Positions 49,936 through 63,860 of a DNA stretch of 64,000 nt are shown here, piece after piece. A program made the translations under genes and the position numbers. The notes beneath the pieces were generated by a model. The model did no database searches. It saw only the letters and a program-made list of their open reading frames with translations, and was not told where the DNA came from. The stretch comes from Vicugna vicugna (taxonomy: Eukaryota), in the NCBI GenBank assembly GCA_013265495.1, contig MU058781.1, forward strand, positions 10,025,009 to 10,089,008, given 5' to 3'. The stretch's first letter is position 1, and the number at the start of each line of letters is the position of its first letter.

Positions 49936-52900
49936 TATAAAATTAAGGTATTTGTATTGTTATAAAACTTACACTATGTTTACGTATTCAATTGAGTATG
50001 ATAAATTCAGTAAAAACAAATCTCAGTTTTATCAATCAGTATTTTTTACTGATTTTATTAGCTAGTAAAATAAATGGTCTTTGTGCATCGCACATTCATC
50101 TGGTTGTTTGCTCCCACAGATACAGTTTTCAGAATTTAAGTTATCACTATGACTATCTTGACAATAATCAGAGATCTTTTTTCTTGATAAAAGATACAAA
50201 TTTTATTGCAACAGAAATCCGTATTACTCCTATATCATTCATGATTTTATCAGGAATTTAATATAGTTTAAATATCTATAGTGCTTTGGAAAATTTTTGT
50301 TTCTTTAGGAAACTGAGAAAACCTCTGAGAAACCTGTCTTAGTAATACATTAGATTTTCTCTTCTGAAAGAATGATGGAGATGTAAATGGTTTGAGGGAC
50401 ATCCTTGCCTTCTTGAACTGCCTACTTTTTCTGTTATGCATATTCTATGTACTAGGCATTTAGTCACGTTTTCTTGACTGTAACAAATGAGTTTCTGCTC
50501 ATGCATCTGTAACTATGCTCTCCATTTCTTTCTGGGCTGCTACAATATGATTTTCTCACAACGTAAAAGCAAAGGGTCATTTTGAATGTGCTCAGAAACA
50601 TTTGCCCCTATTCAGAGGACAGAAATTGTTGAGCTTGAGGAAAATCTCCTTTTCCCATAACTTTCTCTGTCCAGAAATGTTTCCATGATTTCCCATAGTT
50701 GATTCACAAACCCAGATTACAAATACTTTTTTTATAAGGGAATTTCACACTGGTGCTAAACAGAAATAAGAGACTGTTCCTACTTTTTTTCCTTTTACAG
50801 TTTGATGGATTAGTTTCTGTCTATGCCCTCAGTGTTTTTATTTAAAATATTTACTAAAATTTAATTTTTTCATTACTTTTTCTATAGCCAAATTCTTTTA
50901 AAATTTGCCCATTTCTGGTAACTTAGATTTTTTTGTTTTGTTTTGTTTTTCCTTTACTCAGAAAAACAATGATAGCTTTCTTCACCCTTACTCACTTTTG
51001 GTGGTCAAGCCTGTTTCACATAATATTGGTAAAGGAGAGTAAATTCCAGATATTCTGCAGGTTTAATTCAGCTTGGTTTTATGAGCAAGGGTAAGCGGGA
51101 GAGGCAGATGGGAAGCTCTTGGTTTTATGATGTTCCTTTGTAAAATGGGCCTTTTCCTATCACACAGTGTCAAAAATGGCGCCCTCAGCCTGCTTCCTGT
51201 TCCCTATGGAATCTGGCAGGGTAACTGACAGTCTTGCATGGAAATAGAGCTATATCAAAAAGCAATTTCATTGTGGTCACAAGACTAAGGAGGAGACAGA
51301 TGCTGTGCTGGCAGCAGTACAGGAGCCAAAGGATGAGCAGCCCCTCTATCTGATGTCCCCTGGTTGCTCCATGAGCCACTCTGGGCTACATACACCCCAT
51401 CAAGAACTGCGACTCACAGCTATGGAAACCCAAATAGAACAACACTCACTTTTGACTGGCAGGACCTCTGACCATAAATGAGAGTAAATGAAAGACATAT
51501 GCTGATTATCACAGAAAAGAAAAAGGTACATGTATTTACTCATTCATTTCATACTTTTTTCTAAAAAATGTATGAAAGTGGTTCTATACATTGTGAAATG
51601 ATTTTCACTGTTTTCAAGGACAGTTTAAAGAAGAACTTTGCTTTTTAAAATATCTAAATAGCTAAATATTTAGACTATCTAAAACATAAAATATTCACTC
51701 CTACAGTGAACTATCATTATAGAGTCATACATGCCTCTCTGGCACTAAGCTCGGTGGAGTGAGATAGCCAATGAGACGAGGGTGCCATTTTTATTATTTA
51801 TTTATTAAGTGTAGCCACATAAACGGAATGGACCATTCCGTGAGTAGTCACAACATGCTAGCAGATTTTAATCTGTAGCCCATTTCAAGAGAAATTCACC
51901 ATTTCTATTAAAAAGAAATGTGTTTTTATTTTCATTTATGTTCTCCTGATCTCATTCCATTTGGGCCCAATTTGAATAGATGATGAGATGAGTTAATCAA
52001 AGCTAATTAAATAAAACTTTGCTGATAATGTATTTCATTTCTTCTAATACTTTGAATTCAGATAAGCTTAGAAGAAAATAACAAAACAAACTATAAAGAA
52101 AGTTGGAATTTATGCATTGCCTTTGGCTGTAAACAAGCTCAAAGACTGGGCTATTTGGCATTATGACAATTAAACTGGAGGACACTGAATACGCACCAAT
52201 GTTGATAAGTACGATCTATCCATTCTGCATTATGTCCCCATCTTTGGGACTTAGAATCTGGCAAATAGAAGGGGAATTTTATCTTGTTGGAAAATAGAGT
52301 TGGAAAATCAACCCAAATGAAATTGCAGAAATCGAGGGGTGAGAGTTCTAGAAATTTTCTAATTTCTCCTTTGCACTTAGCTAGACTACATAAGATGATT
52401 CTATGTATTCATTATTTTAATACACTTTATAAAGAGTAGCTTCAATTGCAAAGACACTATTAAGATAATAATATTAATGATAATTTTAAAACTATGTCAG
52501 CATTTATATTATTTAAAAATAAACTCAGAATGGTTTGGCTCAACTTCCTGTGTATTGCTTGAGTAGGTTAGACAATTTCAGTGGTTATCTTTTTGACGCT
52601 TTGTTAGCTGAGCATGTTTAACTTTCTCTATCGTGATTCTAAGCTTTTGTGTCTATGTTCTGATCTGCATTTTACTGCCATTCTCCCTGCAGTATTATCA
52701 GTGTAACTCATGGTTAGAAGTGGGAACAAGCATGGATATGAAAAGGTTCAGGTGTGTGAATCTAAACAACAAAATTTTCTCCGAAAAACAGTCATCAGTG
52801 TCCATGTATTTGCTTTGAGCAGCAGTTGACTTAATAATACTTTATTGTGCCATCTTTATATAGAAGTCAAATAAACTTCAGTGAAGAAGTAGCTTCATTT

Positions 52901-53227
52901 AATCAAGTCAGCAAATATTTACTGGATGCGTAACCTACACAAGGCAATGTATCTCCTTTGTTGTATACTAACACTAAATGCAAAGAAAGGTCCAGGGTGA
53001 GTGGCTGGCCAGGAATGGAAGAGGTGGAAGAAATCATATTAAATACTATATACAAAATTATTCTTTTGCCTATATTTTGTTGATTAGCAAATGATACAAT
53101 AAATATGAAGCTAATCTTCCAAAGAGTAATTATGGAGACTTTTATAACAAATGTTCACCCTATTTTTGATTCTGGTAAAATTAGTAACTGGGCTTTAAAA
53201 ATAAATTGAAAGTCCAAAGCTATAAAA

Positions 53228-53737
53228 TAGTAAACCCAAACATTCTGGTCTCAGAACCCAATTACATGCTTAAAAATTATTGAGAACACCATGAAAAGCT
53301 TCTGTGAATGTGGGTTATATCTGCTGGCATTTGTATCAGAAATTAACATCGGGAAACATTTCAGTATTTATTAACTCACTTAGAAATAACAATAGTGATG
53401 CCATTACATGTTGACATAAATGCATGTTCTTATGAAAAATAACTGTCTTTTCCAACACAAAAAATGATGAATGGCATTGTTTTATATTTTTAAACATTTT
53501 TTTTTGGGTGGTTTAATAAAAGACAGCTAGATTTTTAGATTTGCTTTGCTATTCAGTTTGTTACAACCTCACATATCATGTACCCTCTGGAAAACCCCAT
53601 TGGACACTTGTGAAAGAATGAGAATAAAATAGGAAAATACCATTGTACTTTATTACAAAATTAGTTCTGACCTCATGGACCCTTTAAAGGATCTTAGGAA
53701 CCCCAGGAGTCCTCTGACCACGCTTTGAGAACCACTG
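53228..53737. mobile_element. hAT-Charlie non-autonomous element (Charlie1-like)
   Basis: TGGTCTCAGAACCC..CTTAAAAATTATTGAG start; TTTGAGAACCACTG end; 8-bp TSD CTATAAAA / CTATTGAA. Confidence 0.78.
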
Positions 53738-54787
53738 CTATTGAATAAATCTGCTGCAAACTCAATTGTTTGTTATGTTTTAGGTTTTAACTCTTTTTCA
53801 TCTTATATTATCTGAATTTGAGCTTTAGCAATTCAGTGTATTGCTTATCTGTGAGTTAAAATAAAAGAACTAGATAATTCCTTCCTAGTATTGATATACT
53901 TCATATATTTTAAATATCCATGAATAAAGTATAAATTTAAAAAATAAAGACAAGTGATAGTCTCTAGTAGTCCAACACCTAAGAAGCTGCAAGATGGTAT
54001 GCAATCCACACACAGTCAACTGAGCCCCAGATTTACTGAGATAAATGGCTAGACCAAAAGACAGCTGAATAAATGGACAGAATTTGATACACGTGCAACT
54101 ACCTCTCGGCATCAATGTTTGGCTTAATAAAAACAATGCTTCCTATCTATCGTTTTGTAATGTATGTTAGCAGTCTAATAATTTGTTCTATTTACCTTAT
54201 CTTCCTGGACTCCTTTTAAAATAATCTGCAGTTGTGGAGATTAGTAAAGGCAGTGCCACTCTTACACAACTGACATGGCTGTCTAGGTGGGAATAGCCAG
54301 TGAAATGTCAGATATTTATAATTCTTGGAATAATTTAAATGTGTTGACTATTAATAGTCATTTTGCTGGTTTCCTTTGTTGTATTTGAAATGCAGGTGCA
54401 CAGCTAGCAAGAGTGTTTCTAAGTTGCTCCTGATGTGAGGCTTCAGGTCCTTTAGTTTTCCCAGGGTCAAGTAGGCATGGGCCCTTTTAATTTTACAAGG
54501 AATGCTTACCATTTGCCTTCTATTTACACACAGCTATTGAAGTAATTCTTTTCCTTTTTAGGGTCCAAATCTGTCATCTACAGAGCCTTTTCAGTAATAT
54601 TGTGATTTAGTTTTCAAGAGAATAGCTAGCTTCTATTGTTTCAAAGGGGTCATTGAACAATTTCAGATTGGCATTTTGAAGGAAAGCACAAACAAAAATT
54701 TATTTTGAGAACAAGGAAGAGAAAATTTTTATCCCCAGGATGGTAAACATTTTGGCAAAAGAAAAAAAAAAAAAACCATGACTAAGA

Positions 54788-54834
54788 GTGAGTGTGTGTG
54801 TGTGTGAGCTTGTGTGTGTGTGTGTGTGTGTGTG
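54788..54834. repeat. Interrupted (TG)n microsatellite
   Basis: Seen directly. Confidence 0.9.
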
Positions 54835-57800
54835 CTCTACCCTTTCCAAGAAAAGTTGACACTATCATGATCATTCAAACTAATCTTTTCTGCTAAGGTG
54901 AAGAGATTTCTAGCTGCAGTATCTAATGATTACCCAAACAGAGCAGAGCAACTAAGTCTGGGCTCTCCTCTGTCCTTGGAAGTGCCTTGGCATGGTTGAA
55001 AGCTTGAGTGACAATGGCCAACTGCCAAGCACCCACATACAATAGGAGTATTCTGTTTCTCAGTTACTAAGGGGACCCTGAGATTTCCTCCCATATTTGG
55101 AAGCAAGGAGTCCTCTTCTTTCCTTGGCATCGCTCTTTGGCAGCTTTAGGAGGGTTTGTTACCCAGTCTCAAAAGAATGTTCTTAAAGATAGCTCATGCT
55201 AGAGTGAATTAAAATATATACATTTACTTAGAGCAGACCATAACAAAGTAGGGTGGATAAATGCCTTCAAAACTGGAGACTTTTACATTTTCTTTCTTTC
55301 TTTGGTAAGGTTCATTTATTCCATTTTCATGACGTTTCTGAAGTGTCTGTCTTCTGAAGATTTTTCTTTGAAATTAGTTCTAGGTTCATGTTTGTAGAAA
55401 TAGCCCATTTTCCAGTCAATAATAAACACAGTATTGCATAATTAAGGCAAAAATGTGCTCCAAAGTAGGGATTAACTATACATTGTCAGTGAGTTGGGAC
55501 ACAACATGAGCTTGATCCACTCATTTGGGTCCATAAGTAGCAGTTTTGCTGTAGCTGAATCAATCACATAGCAAACCACATCAATTGTTAAGATGGTCAA
55601 AATGAAGAAATAATAGTGGAATTTATTATACCCAGAAGTTACAGATGTAGCCAAAAAATAATAAAGAAATCTACCAGACATTAGGAGACAATACATAAAT
55701 CTCAGTGGTCAGTGTATTTTTGAAAAAAATTTTGTCTACCTGAATATTTGGAGTTAGGTTTATACAGGAACGTTCTGTTCTGTTGGGGTATCATCTTTGA
55801 AGCTCGTATAGAGAACAGTTTCTATCCAAAGACCCTGAACTAATGAGACCAGTCAAAGTGGGAGAAATACATGTATTTAATTATCTTGAAACTTCAGTAC
55901 AAAATTATTATTTCATGATGTCTCTGTTATGTGCATACATATAATATTTTAAAAATACTTTTACTAATCAAAGAAGAAATCTAAATAGAATTGTGTTCCA
56001 CTCTGATCAACACTGTCACAAAATCCCAAAAAGTCTACACAGAGGACCACAATGGAGCAATTTTTGGTGATCTGGTGTTGAAATTGCATCATTTCCTATC
56101 CAGATGGGTGAGAGATTTTTCAATACAGAAAGTTTCTGTCCAAAATTTCCATTCTTCTGTAACATTTGTTCTAATCGTTAAAAATTTCTCTATTGCTTAT
56201 AGTAAGTCACTTGTTGTCAGTTACAATTTAAAGAACTCACTTTCAAATATTTTAGTTTCTCTAAATAAAATTATGCCATGATACAGAGCATTGTGTTGTC
56301 ATGAACATATTTATGATTGTGAGCTCATTGTAGATTTCACTGATGGAAAAGTAGCAGAGATAAAACAGTAAGTCCATAAAGAGCAGGAGCTAAAAGTTTA
56401 AGTTGTAGCAGCCTTTGGATATGGTTGAGAACTTAGAGGATAATGGACTGCGGAAATATTCTTTAGAAGATAATGATCGGAGGAAAATTATGGGTCAGTT
56501 GCAACTGTTGTGGTGAATAGATATTCAGATTTCACATTTGAAATGAAATCACTGTTTCTTTTCAGTGTAAGCCTTTAGTGTCTGTCAGTTAGCAAACAGG
56601 AAAAATGAAGAAGTATATTTTTTTCTTTCAGGTTGTAGCACATGGTACAGATATTCCAGTAGAATTCCTAAAGTGCAAGGTGAATCAGTCTCATGAATTG
56701 AAACTTTGATTTTGTTCTTGAACCAGGACTGTTTACAGAGTCCCGTGAAGAAGGACTTCTATAAAATATCTTAAAATATGGTGCCCCTTATTTTGAAAGA
56801 AAGGCGAAGTATTTCTCCACTGTGAATATGCCCTTTGTGCTAATAACTGTTAGGACATGACAGCTAAACAGTTGACTCTTTCTTCTGATGAAGCCTCTTT
56901 TGCTTTGGTTAATGCCATTGTTTGAGAGGATTAGGCAATATGTTTCTATGTTTCTAGGCTTTCTGACGTTGCTTGATGTTCCATGTAACCTTAACGGAAT
57001 AACTTGATAAAATAATCCACCACAGCGTTGCTCTGACCCTGACTTGCCCTTAGAGGCCAAGATTGAGGGCACTTGGGTCCTAGATGAACTCACTTCCTTT
57101 AATGACAGGTTTTCCAGATCAGGCAGCTATTTCATGTTCAAGAAACTGACCTGAGCCTTTCTCCTGAGGGAGAAGTTGGTTGGAGATGAAAACAAACCTA
57201 GATCCCAGTTTTCACTCTGAAACTTGCCTCCTGAACTTGAATATTTATAAGTGTGAATATGAGATTAGCTTTGGCTAATGACCATAGATGGCCTTTCTGA
57301 CCATGGATGTCTAGTGAAAACCTGAGACAGGGTCCACCAGGCAGATGACCTAACTCACTCATCAGATGATTCCCAACTAAGTAGTTAGGAGGCCATTTCT
57401 GGGAGAGCCGAAAGTGTAATTAAATCTCGATTGGGTGATGTGGGGCTTAGCATAAGTGACTCCATTTTGTGCCTCTGGTCTCGTTTTTAACATCCGTCTT
57501 TAAAAGAACTGAAGCCATATTCTCCTTTGATAATCATGGTTTAAATTAAGTGTCATGTCTCTCAACCTGTAATCTATTATGAACAAGCTGAACTACAGTC
57601 TTAGACAAAAGGTTGATTTTTGGAACCAGCATTTAATGACAAAGATCACTGGACTTTGCCTCTTTGGAAATGTAGAACATGTTTAAGGGCATTTTTTAGT
57701 ATGTAGATAAATGTTTTACTATTAGGGTTCTTTAAAGGAAGTAAAAACTGGCAACTCGTTAAGAGTGTGCATACGTACTGTAAACAGCAGCAGAGTACCT

Positions 57801-60579
57801 CTGGCATATTTCATGGTTCAGACATCAAAAGGAAAGTCCATAAAATCTGCTTGCAGTAAAACAAAGTCAGTTTTTCCCCCTTGGCATGGCTGGTATCTAT
57901 TAGCTACTTCATGTATAAAGAAAATAAAATGTCACTAGTTCTTTAGTCAGATATATCTGAGTTTTGTGAGTACATGTGAAATATGGAAACATTTCTGTAT
58001 TTTAAGTTTACTTTTTTCTACGCTATACAAGTGAAAATGACCTTAGTCATATAAAAAGTTCATTCTCTCTGTTTCCAGTGGGACTTACAATCAGTTATGT
58101 TTATTAAAAACTTTGTTAATAATTTACAATAGTAGATGTTGTCAGTTATTTAGTTTTTTAGTTTAAGGCATTGACCAAGATTGTGTTTTTGTTTCCCATG
58201 TCTCATGCCAAAAAAGTGTACATTAAAAAATGCTGACAGAAGTGAGTTGTTGCTGTAAATATGTGAATTGAATGGGAGTTTTCTGGGCTATGTTCTTATG
58301 GATATTTCATATAGAAGAAGCTAATATATCACACCAGAATGTCAGTGGGGTACAGAGCCAAAGACATAGATACACCTGGAGTAGAGTGGATTACACACAT
58401 GGGGTTTATCTTCTCCTTTAAGCCAGGGAGCTCTGGGAATGTGCTGTCCCCTGTGTAGCAGAGCAGGACAAAACTGGAAACTAATCACCCAGTGCTACCA
58501 ATGCAGTTCATTAAGTGCAGTTGACAGCCTCCTCTCTGTATTTCTAGATGGCTGAGAATCAAGTAGCTGCGCATCAAAATGTGAATTTTTCCCCCTTGCT
58601 TCTTGGCACAGCACCTTTATCTGTCATCATTTCATGTCCTCAAAGGCTTGAGAGAAACTGCCATCCTTGGACAACAAAGGCTGCCATGCAAAGCAGCTCA
58701 GAACTTGAGTTGTTTCAACAGATGCTGTTTTATGTTCTGCCAAAGAATGGTCCCTTTTATTTCTGTCATGAATACAGTCTTTCTTTCAGTTTCTAAATGT
58801 TTTCCAGTATTAAACCTAATCCTTATCTATCATTCTTTGGGATGATAGGCTGTCCTTTTGCCTTTGGAACCAGCACAGCCTTCGCCATGTGAAAATGGAT
58901 TTGCAAAAAAGTAGAAACTCTGTGTTCTCCACCTTGCGGCTCCTGCTCATTTCTTGATGAGGTGGAGGGGCTGCATTTCAAGGTCAGAGTCGCTGAGCCA
59001 AGTTGTTCCCAATGTAAGAAAACTTGCTGAGATGGAAATGAACAATTTTACCCTGTAAAAATTTTCTGCTTATGGTGGTGGAAAGATTGTAAAAAGTTAG
59101 CTGGTTGAGGAAAGAACTAGAATAAACAAAATAAGCTCAAAACTAGTTATTCCTATGTTTGTTTATTAAAACAGAGCCAGGAAGGGCTGAGGAAGACCTG
59201 ACTTAATGTAACTTACAGGAGGAGAGCCTCTCCTACGAGATAATCCAATTCTCTCTTTCCAGGGCTGTTATCAGGGGTGACTCCCTAGAAATCCAAGCCA
59301 TGGCAGGACAAAGATGGTGCCCAAGGTCTTTGCCACCTCTGCACCTTTGATTCTAATAGGAGGGATTCACATGGTTCATGAAAGTGGCTTTGATGACATT
59401 TTGAGGGTTGTGCTGTTTCTTGTCACTCAGAAGTGCTCAGAAATTGAATAGCTCAAAAGCGTTGTCCTTAGGGATCTGATTTTCCATAATATACTAGTCT
59501 TTCTTCTCCTGGGGTCAGGCAAAGGGCTAACCAGATCTCAAAACTAGAACTTCTCCTGATGTACTCCCTGAGAGCACTTGAAATTTGCTTGTTTGGTCTG
59601 TCTGCTCCATGGCCACTTTAATTCCCGAAGTCTTTATTTTGCTTTTTAAGTGCAAAACTGCTGTGCTGGTGATTATGGGGTCTGTAACGGCACATGAAAC
59701 ACTTGCTTAAGGAAGTTCGCAAACAGAGTAAATACCCTGTAATCGGCAATAGCTGCGAAGAAGGAAAGGACACAGAGACGCGGGGAGTAATGCGTTACAG
59801 AGATGCTCACGGATTCCAGGGATGACCGCCCAGTCCCTTCTGTTCCCCTTTTCTGTCTCTGGTGGGAGTTCTCAGAATAGCCACTGTCTGCATGTCTAGT
59901 CTGCACAGAGGGAGGATCTATGAAGAGCAGGAAGCTGCTAGCCTGTGTGTAGAGTAGATGTGCTTTAGACACACATCAGCTACTATTTTTGATTAAGGGC
60001 ATAGAATGAACCATCTGGGCAATCAGACTTTTGCATTAACATGCAGTGTTGGCTAAATCCACAGGCAGCTGGCTGAGCACTATTTAAACTGGGTGCTGAG
60101 ATGGGAGTGGGCCCTGACAGGCAGTAGTTAAGGGACACTCATCTGTTCTACCCGTGTCAGTGGTAACGATACTGTAATTCCCTCCCGAGTGTAGTCCTTT
60201 TAGTGTACTTTGACAGGCTGATTGTTATTCCAGGGGTCTGTGTCACTGGAGATACATAGACTAGACAGTGATATGCAGATATGCATATGCATGTGTTTAT
60301 ATGCTGGTATATATTTATGAAAAGATTCATGAGAGTCAGTCATACATAATAAATATTGATGACTATGAGAAGTGCTTTATTGTGTGATATAGAAAAATAT
60401 GGGAGAAAGTTTAAGAACTCTTAAGTCCAGGAGATGTTGATATTCCAGAATTTTACTTTGGGTCTCTGTCCAGTGAGTGATAGGGACGAAGCAGAATCTA
60501 ATAGAACTTCTCAGTCTTTTCTGTGATTCTGTCTTTCTAAATAAAAGAATAATTATAATGTCAAAGATGCGTGGATTCG

Positions 60580-60842
60580 ATTAGTGGTTAAGAGCGTAAG
60601 CTTTGGTGCCAGGTTTAGTTTAAACACCACTGCAGTTTCTGCCATTGAAAAGCTCTGTGATCTGTGGAATTTATTACATCTCACTGGACTTCAGTGTCCT
60701 TAAATGTAAAATGAGAAGTTGGAAGAGTGATCTACCTCATAGAATTGTTGTTGTATGGACTGACTGCAGTAAGGCACGTAAAGGATTTTGCAGACATCGT
60801 GGTAAAGAATAATTATTACAAAAATGTTAGCTGCTATTATGG
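60580..60842 (+). mobile_element. Near full-length MIR SINE
   Basis: TAGTGGTTAAGAGCGTAAGCTTTGG...AAATGTAAAATGAG...CTACCTCATAG...AAATGTTAGCTGCTATTAT. Confidence 0.8.
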
Positions 60843-61589
60843 GGATAGTTATGAGAGTAGTGAAAATTGGGAAAAGTAAGTCAGCAAAACTGAATAAACT
60901 TGATTTCTTTGTGCTGACTGTTTGGTTTGAAAACTTGTTGACTGAATAAAATTTCTCTGTCCTGGGGAAAAGTAAAGTAGTGCATTTCTTTGTAAAGGTT
61001 ACAAGTAAATAAGGAGCTTTTCTATAAAAATCATAGTGATTCTACTAGCCCTAATTATTTCCACAAATGATTCCAGGCTGTAGGTTATGAAACACTTGCA
61101 TTTATTGAACTGGTTCATTGGCAGTGAAGGGGTGTGTGAAAATATGTAAAATCATCTTGCTTTTCATGTGTCTATGAGAAAGAGCCAGGGGCTATGGTTA
61201 GGAAGGCAGGAGACTCGGATTCAAGTCCAGTCTCTAATACTAATTGGCAGTGTTATTGTGGATGAATTAGTTAATCTATGCAGCCTCAGTTTACTTTGTG
61301 CAGTTGGGGCTTTGGCTATTAAATTGTCTCAGCTGAAATTGTCCTAGAATTCTGTGACTCTTTGTCAACAACAGTTTCAAGATGAAAACCTCCACACTAG
61401 AAGATTGACTAGGATGCACTTCATTCTTGTCTAGTCCAGTGTTTCTCAAATTAGAATTGGACAGCTCAAGAGGTCAATGTCAACTCAGTCAGCAGCCTCG
61501 TGACCACCTAGCCAAGGTCGTCCTGTTCAGAAGTACTGTCCTCTCCATCCACCTCCTGCAGCCCCAAATCCAATAAACTGGGAGCCAGC

Positions 61590-62530
61590 TGTATGTTAAG
61601 CACTGTGCTTGATGCTAGAAAAGTGAGAGAGAAAAATACATTAGCCTAGTAAAGAAAACATATGATAGTTACACTGTGTTAAAAGCTAAGAGAGGGCAAA
61701 GGAAATTACTAAACATTCCTGGTAAGGTCTCAGCTTTCCACACAAGTGTCTTTGGGAACATATTTTAAAGACTGTCAAAGAATGGATATAGTGAATAAGG
61801 TGATGAAAGAGTGGTAGAGGTTCCCAAGCATCGGGAACAATATTTGTAAAGATATGAAAGCAGGAGACATGTTGATGCATTCAGAGAGTGGAAGCGACTT
61901 CGTTACTGCAGAAGTGAGGCCGAGCACGCTGGCTCAGAGGCCAGACCCCACCGTCTGGTGGTCTGGGGTCAAGTACTCACTCTGTCACTTCTTTAGGTGA
62001 AACACTGGGTAAATTATTTGACCGACCTGCTTCAATTTCTTTATTTGTAAAATGAGAATGATAAGTTCTGTAAGGATATGTTTTGGGAACATTCTCAGTA
62101 AATGGCTATGTTTATTAGTAGTAAGCAGAGGGGATTACTGAGTCAAAAGGGGAGAAAGGTGAGAGGCAGACAGGGGTCTGGTCATAATGAAAGGATGTTT
62201 TACATGTGCTTTACCGAAAAGGGCCTCGTAAATCCATCACAAAATTTATGCTGGAGAGTCTGGTGGCCATTTTCATAGAATTAATGAAGGTAAATTAGAA
62301 GAAGGGCAAACTGTAGGAAGAGAGTCATTTTATGGAAATAAATGAGTGGAATATACTAGTGTTCTGGCTTAGGTGACTGGGTGAGCTGTGGCTGTTTACA
62401 GTTGAAGAGGAGGTGTCAGTTATCAGGAAATACGATGAACTCAGTGTTGTTGAGTTACAAGTGTCTGTGGGCATCAGCTGGAGGTGTCCAATGAGTGCTT
62501 GGCCATAGAACAGCGTCTCAGAGAAAAGTC
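61590..62530 (-). mobile_element. LINE-2 fragments with a nested + strand MIR (about 61925-62120)
   Basis: Antisense L2 motifs (AGCACTGTGCTTGATGCTAG; CTTAGGTGACTGGGTG; GATGAACTCAGTGTTG); MIR core TTTCTTTATTTGTAAAATGAGAATGATAA. Confidence 0.6.
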
Positions 62531-62535
62531 TAGAA

Positions 62536-62841
62536 TCCTGCTATCCAACAGAGAAACCTAACTTGAGACCCCCATGCAAACTCTCTGGTAGCTACTCACA
62601 AATGAAAGTATAAAGAAACAGATGATGTTAGTCTCAATAATACACTATATTTAACAAAATAGGTCTAGAATGTTAGTTCACTTTGTAGTTGGTACAAAAT
62701 TATTAACAAGACATGCTGCATTTTTTCTGGCCAAGTCTCAAACTCTGGGTGTACTATACACTCAATGCATCTGAAGCCACATTTCAAAGTGCTCAGAGGC
62801 CATAATGTGTGGGTCAGGGACTTCCCTGGGCTACAGCGCAG
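62536..62841. mobile_element. MER33 (hAT-Charlie)
   Basis: GCTATCCAACAGA...AGCCACATTTCAAAGTGCTCA...ACAGCGCAG; flanks GTCTAGAA / TGTTAGAA. Confidence 0.72.
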
Positions 62842-62985
62842 TGTTAGAACATAGTAATGGGTAGAATTTAGTTATCTACCAATTATTAGTTGAGCAATTC
62901 CAGGCACTGTATTAGGAGCTGAGAATTCAGTGGGGAATGACACAGACACAGTTTTCCTTTGCTAAACTTACCAGTTATTCGAGAA

Positions 62986-63090
62986 TAGGGGCTTCTGCTG
63001 GCCTAATAGTTCTCTTTGTGCAAATTAGATAAAGTCACAGCCTCTGGGCAGAGCCGTCCCACTCCAGGGATCACACAGTGCAGAAGAGTT
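62986..63090. mobile_element. MER91A-like fragment (hAT-Tip100)
   Basis: TTGTGCAAATTAGATAAAG...CCTCTGGGCAGA. Confidence 0.5.
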
Positions 63091-63259
63091 TTCTGTGACT
63101 GCTCACCTCTTCTGCTCTGAACCTTTGCACAGGACAAACAGCAGCACACCCCCAGTAGGGATTCTACAGGGATACAGACATTTCTAAGTAATTAAAAGTA
63201 AACAGATTGAGTTTTATAACTGAGAAAGTTCATGCAAGGTGACTCAGTTGTGTAAAAAT

Positions 63260-63860
63260 CAGAGTAATCCATCCTGAAGGAGCGACACCTAAGCTGAGAC
63301 CAGGTGGATGACCAGGAGTAAGACAAATGGGAAGGGAGGTAGGGGATTACAGCAGAGAGTAGGGTACATTGGAAAGCGAGGAGGCAGTGACCTCAGGGCG
63401 AGTCAGGAAACTAAAAGAAGTTCAGACCGTGCCTGGGATCAGAGAGCTGGCAGGGCATGTGTGGAATAGTCTGGGGCTTCCTCTGTCAGGTGGATTAGGG
63501 GAACAAGGGACAGGTAGAGTCCTGGATACGAATAATATCAGCGGTCCATGACAAGGGGTCAGAGAAGGAGCAGTCAGAAACATGGAACAAAACACAGGGG
63601 TAGGGTATGTCATAAAAGGCAGAAAGAGCGAGCAAGGTCACTTTTTAAAAGGGGCGAACCAGGTGTCAAATGCAGCCAGAAGGTCAAGGGGTCAGGGGCG
63701 CTGAACAGCGGCTGCTGAATCCAGCAGCGGAGGCAGCACTGGGGGGCACAGCTGGGAGAAAAGGGGTAGAAACTAAGTTGCAGTGGTGGGAGAACCCATG
63801 GAGCACAAAGAGGAGACGATGCTTTAAAGAAAGTGTATTGTTGGGAAGCGAATGAAGGAA
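63260..63860 (-). mobile_element. LINE-2 fragments
   Basis: TAAGCTGAGACC...GGATGA; GTGTCAAATGCAGCCAGAAGGTCAAG; GATGCTTTAAAGAAAGT resemble antisense L2. Confidence 0.55.
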
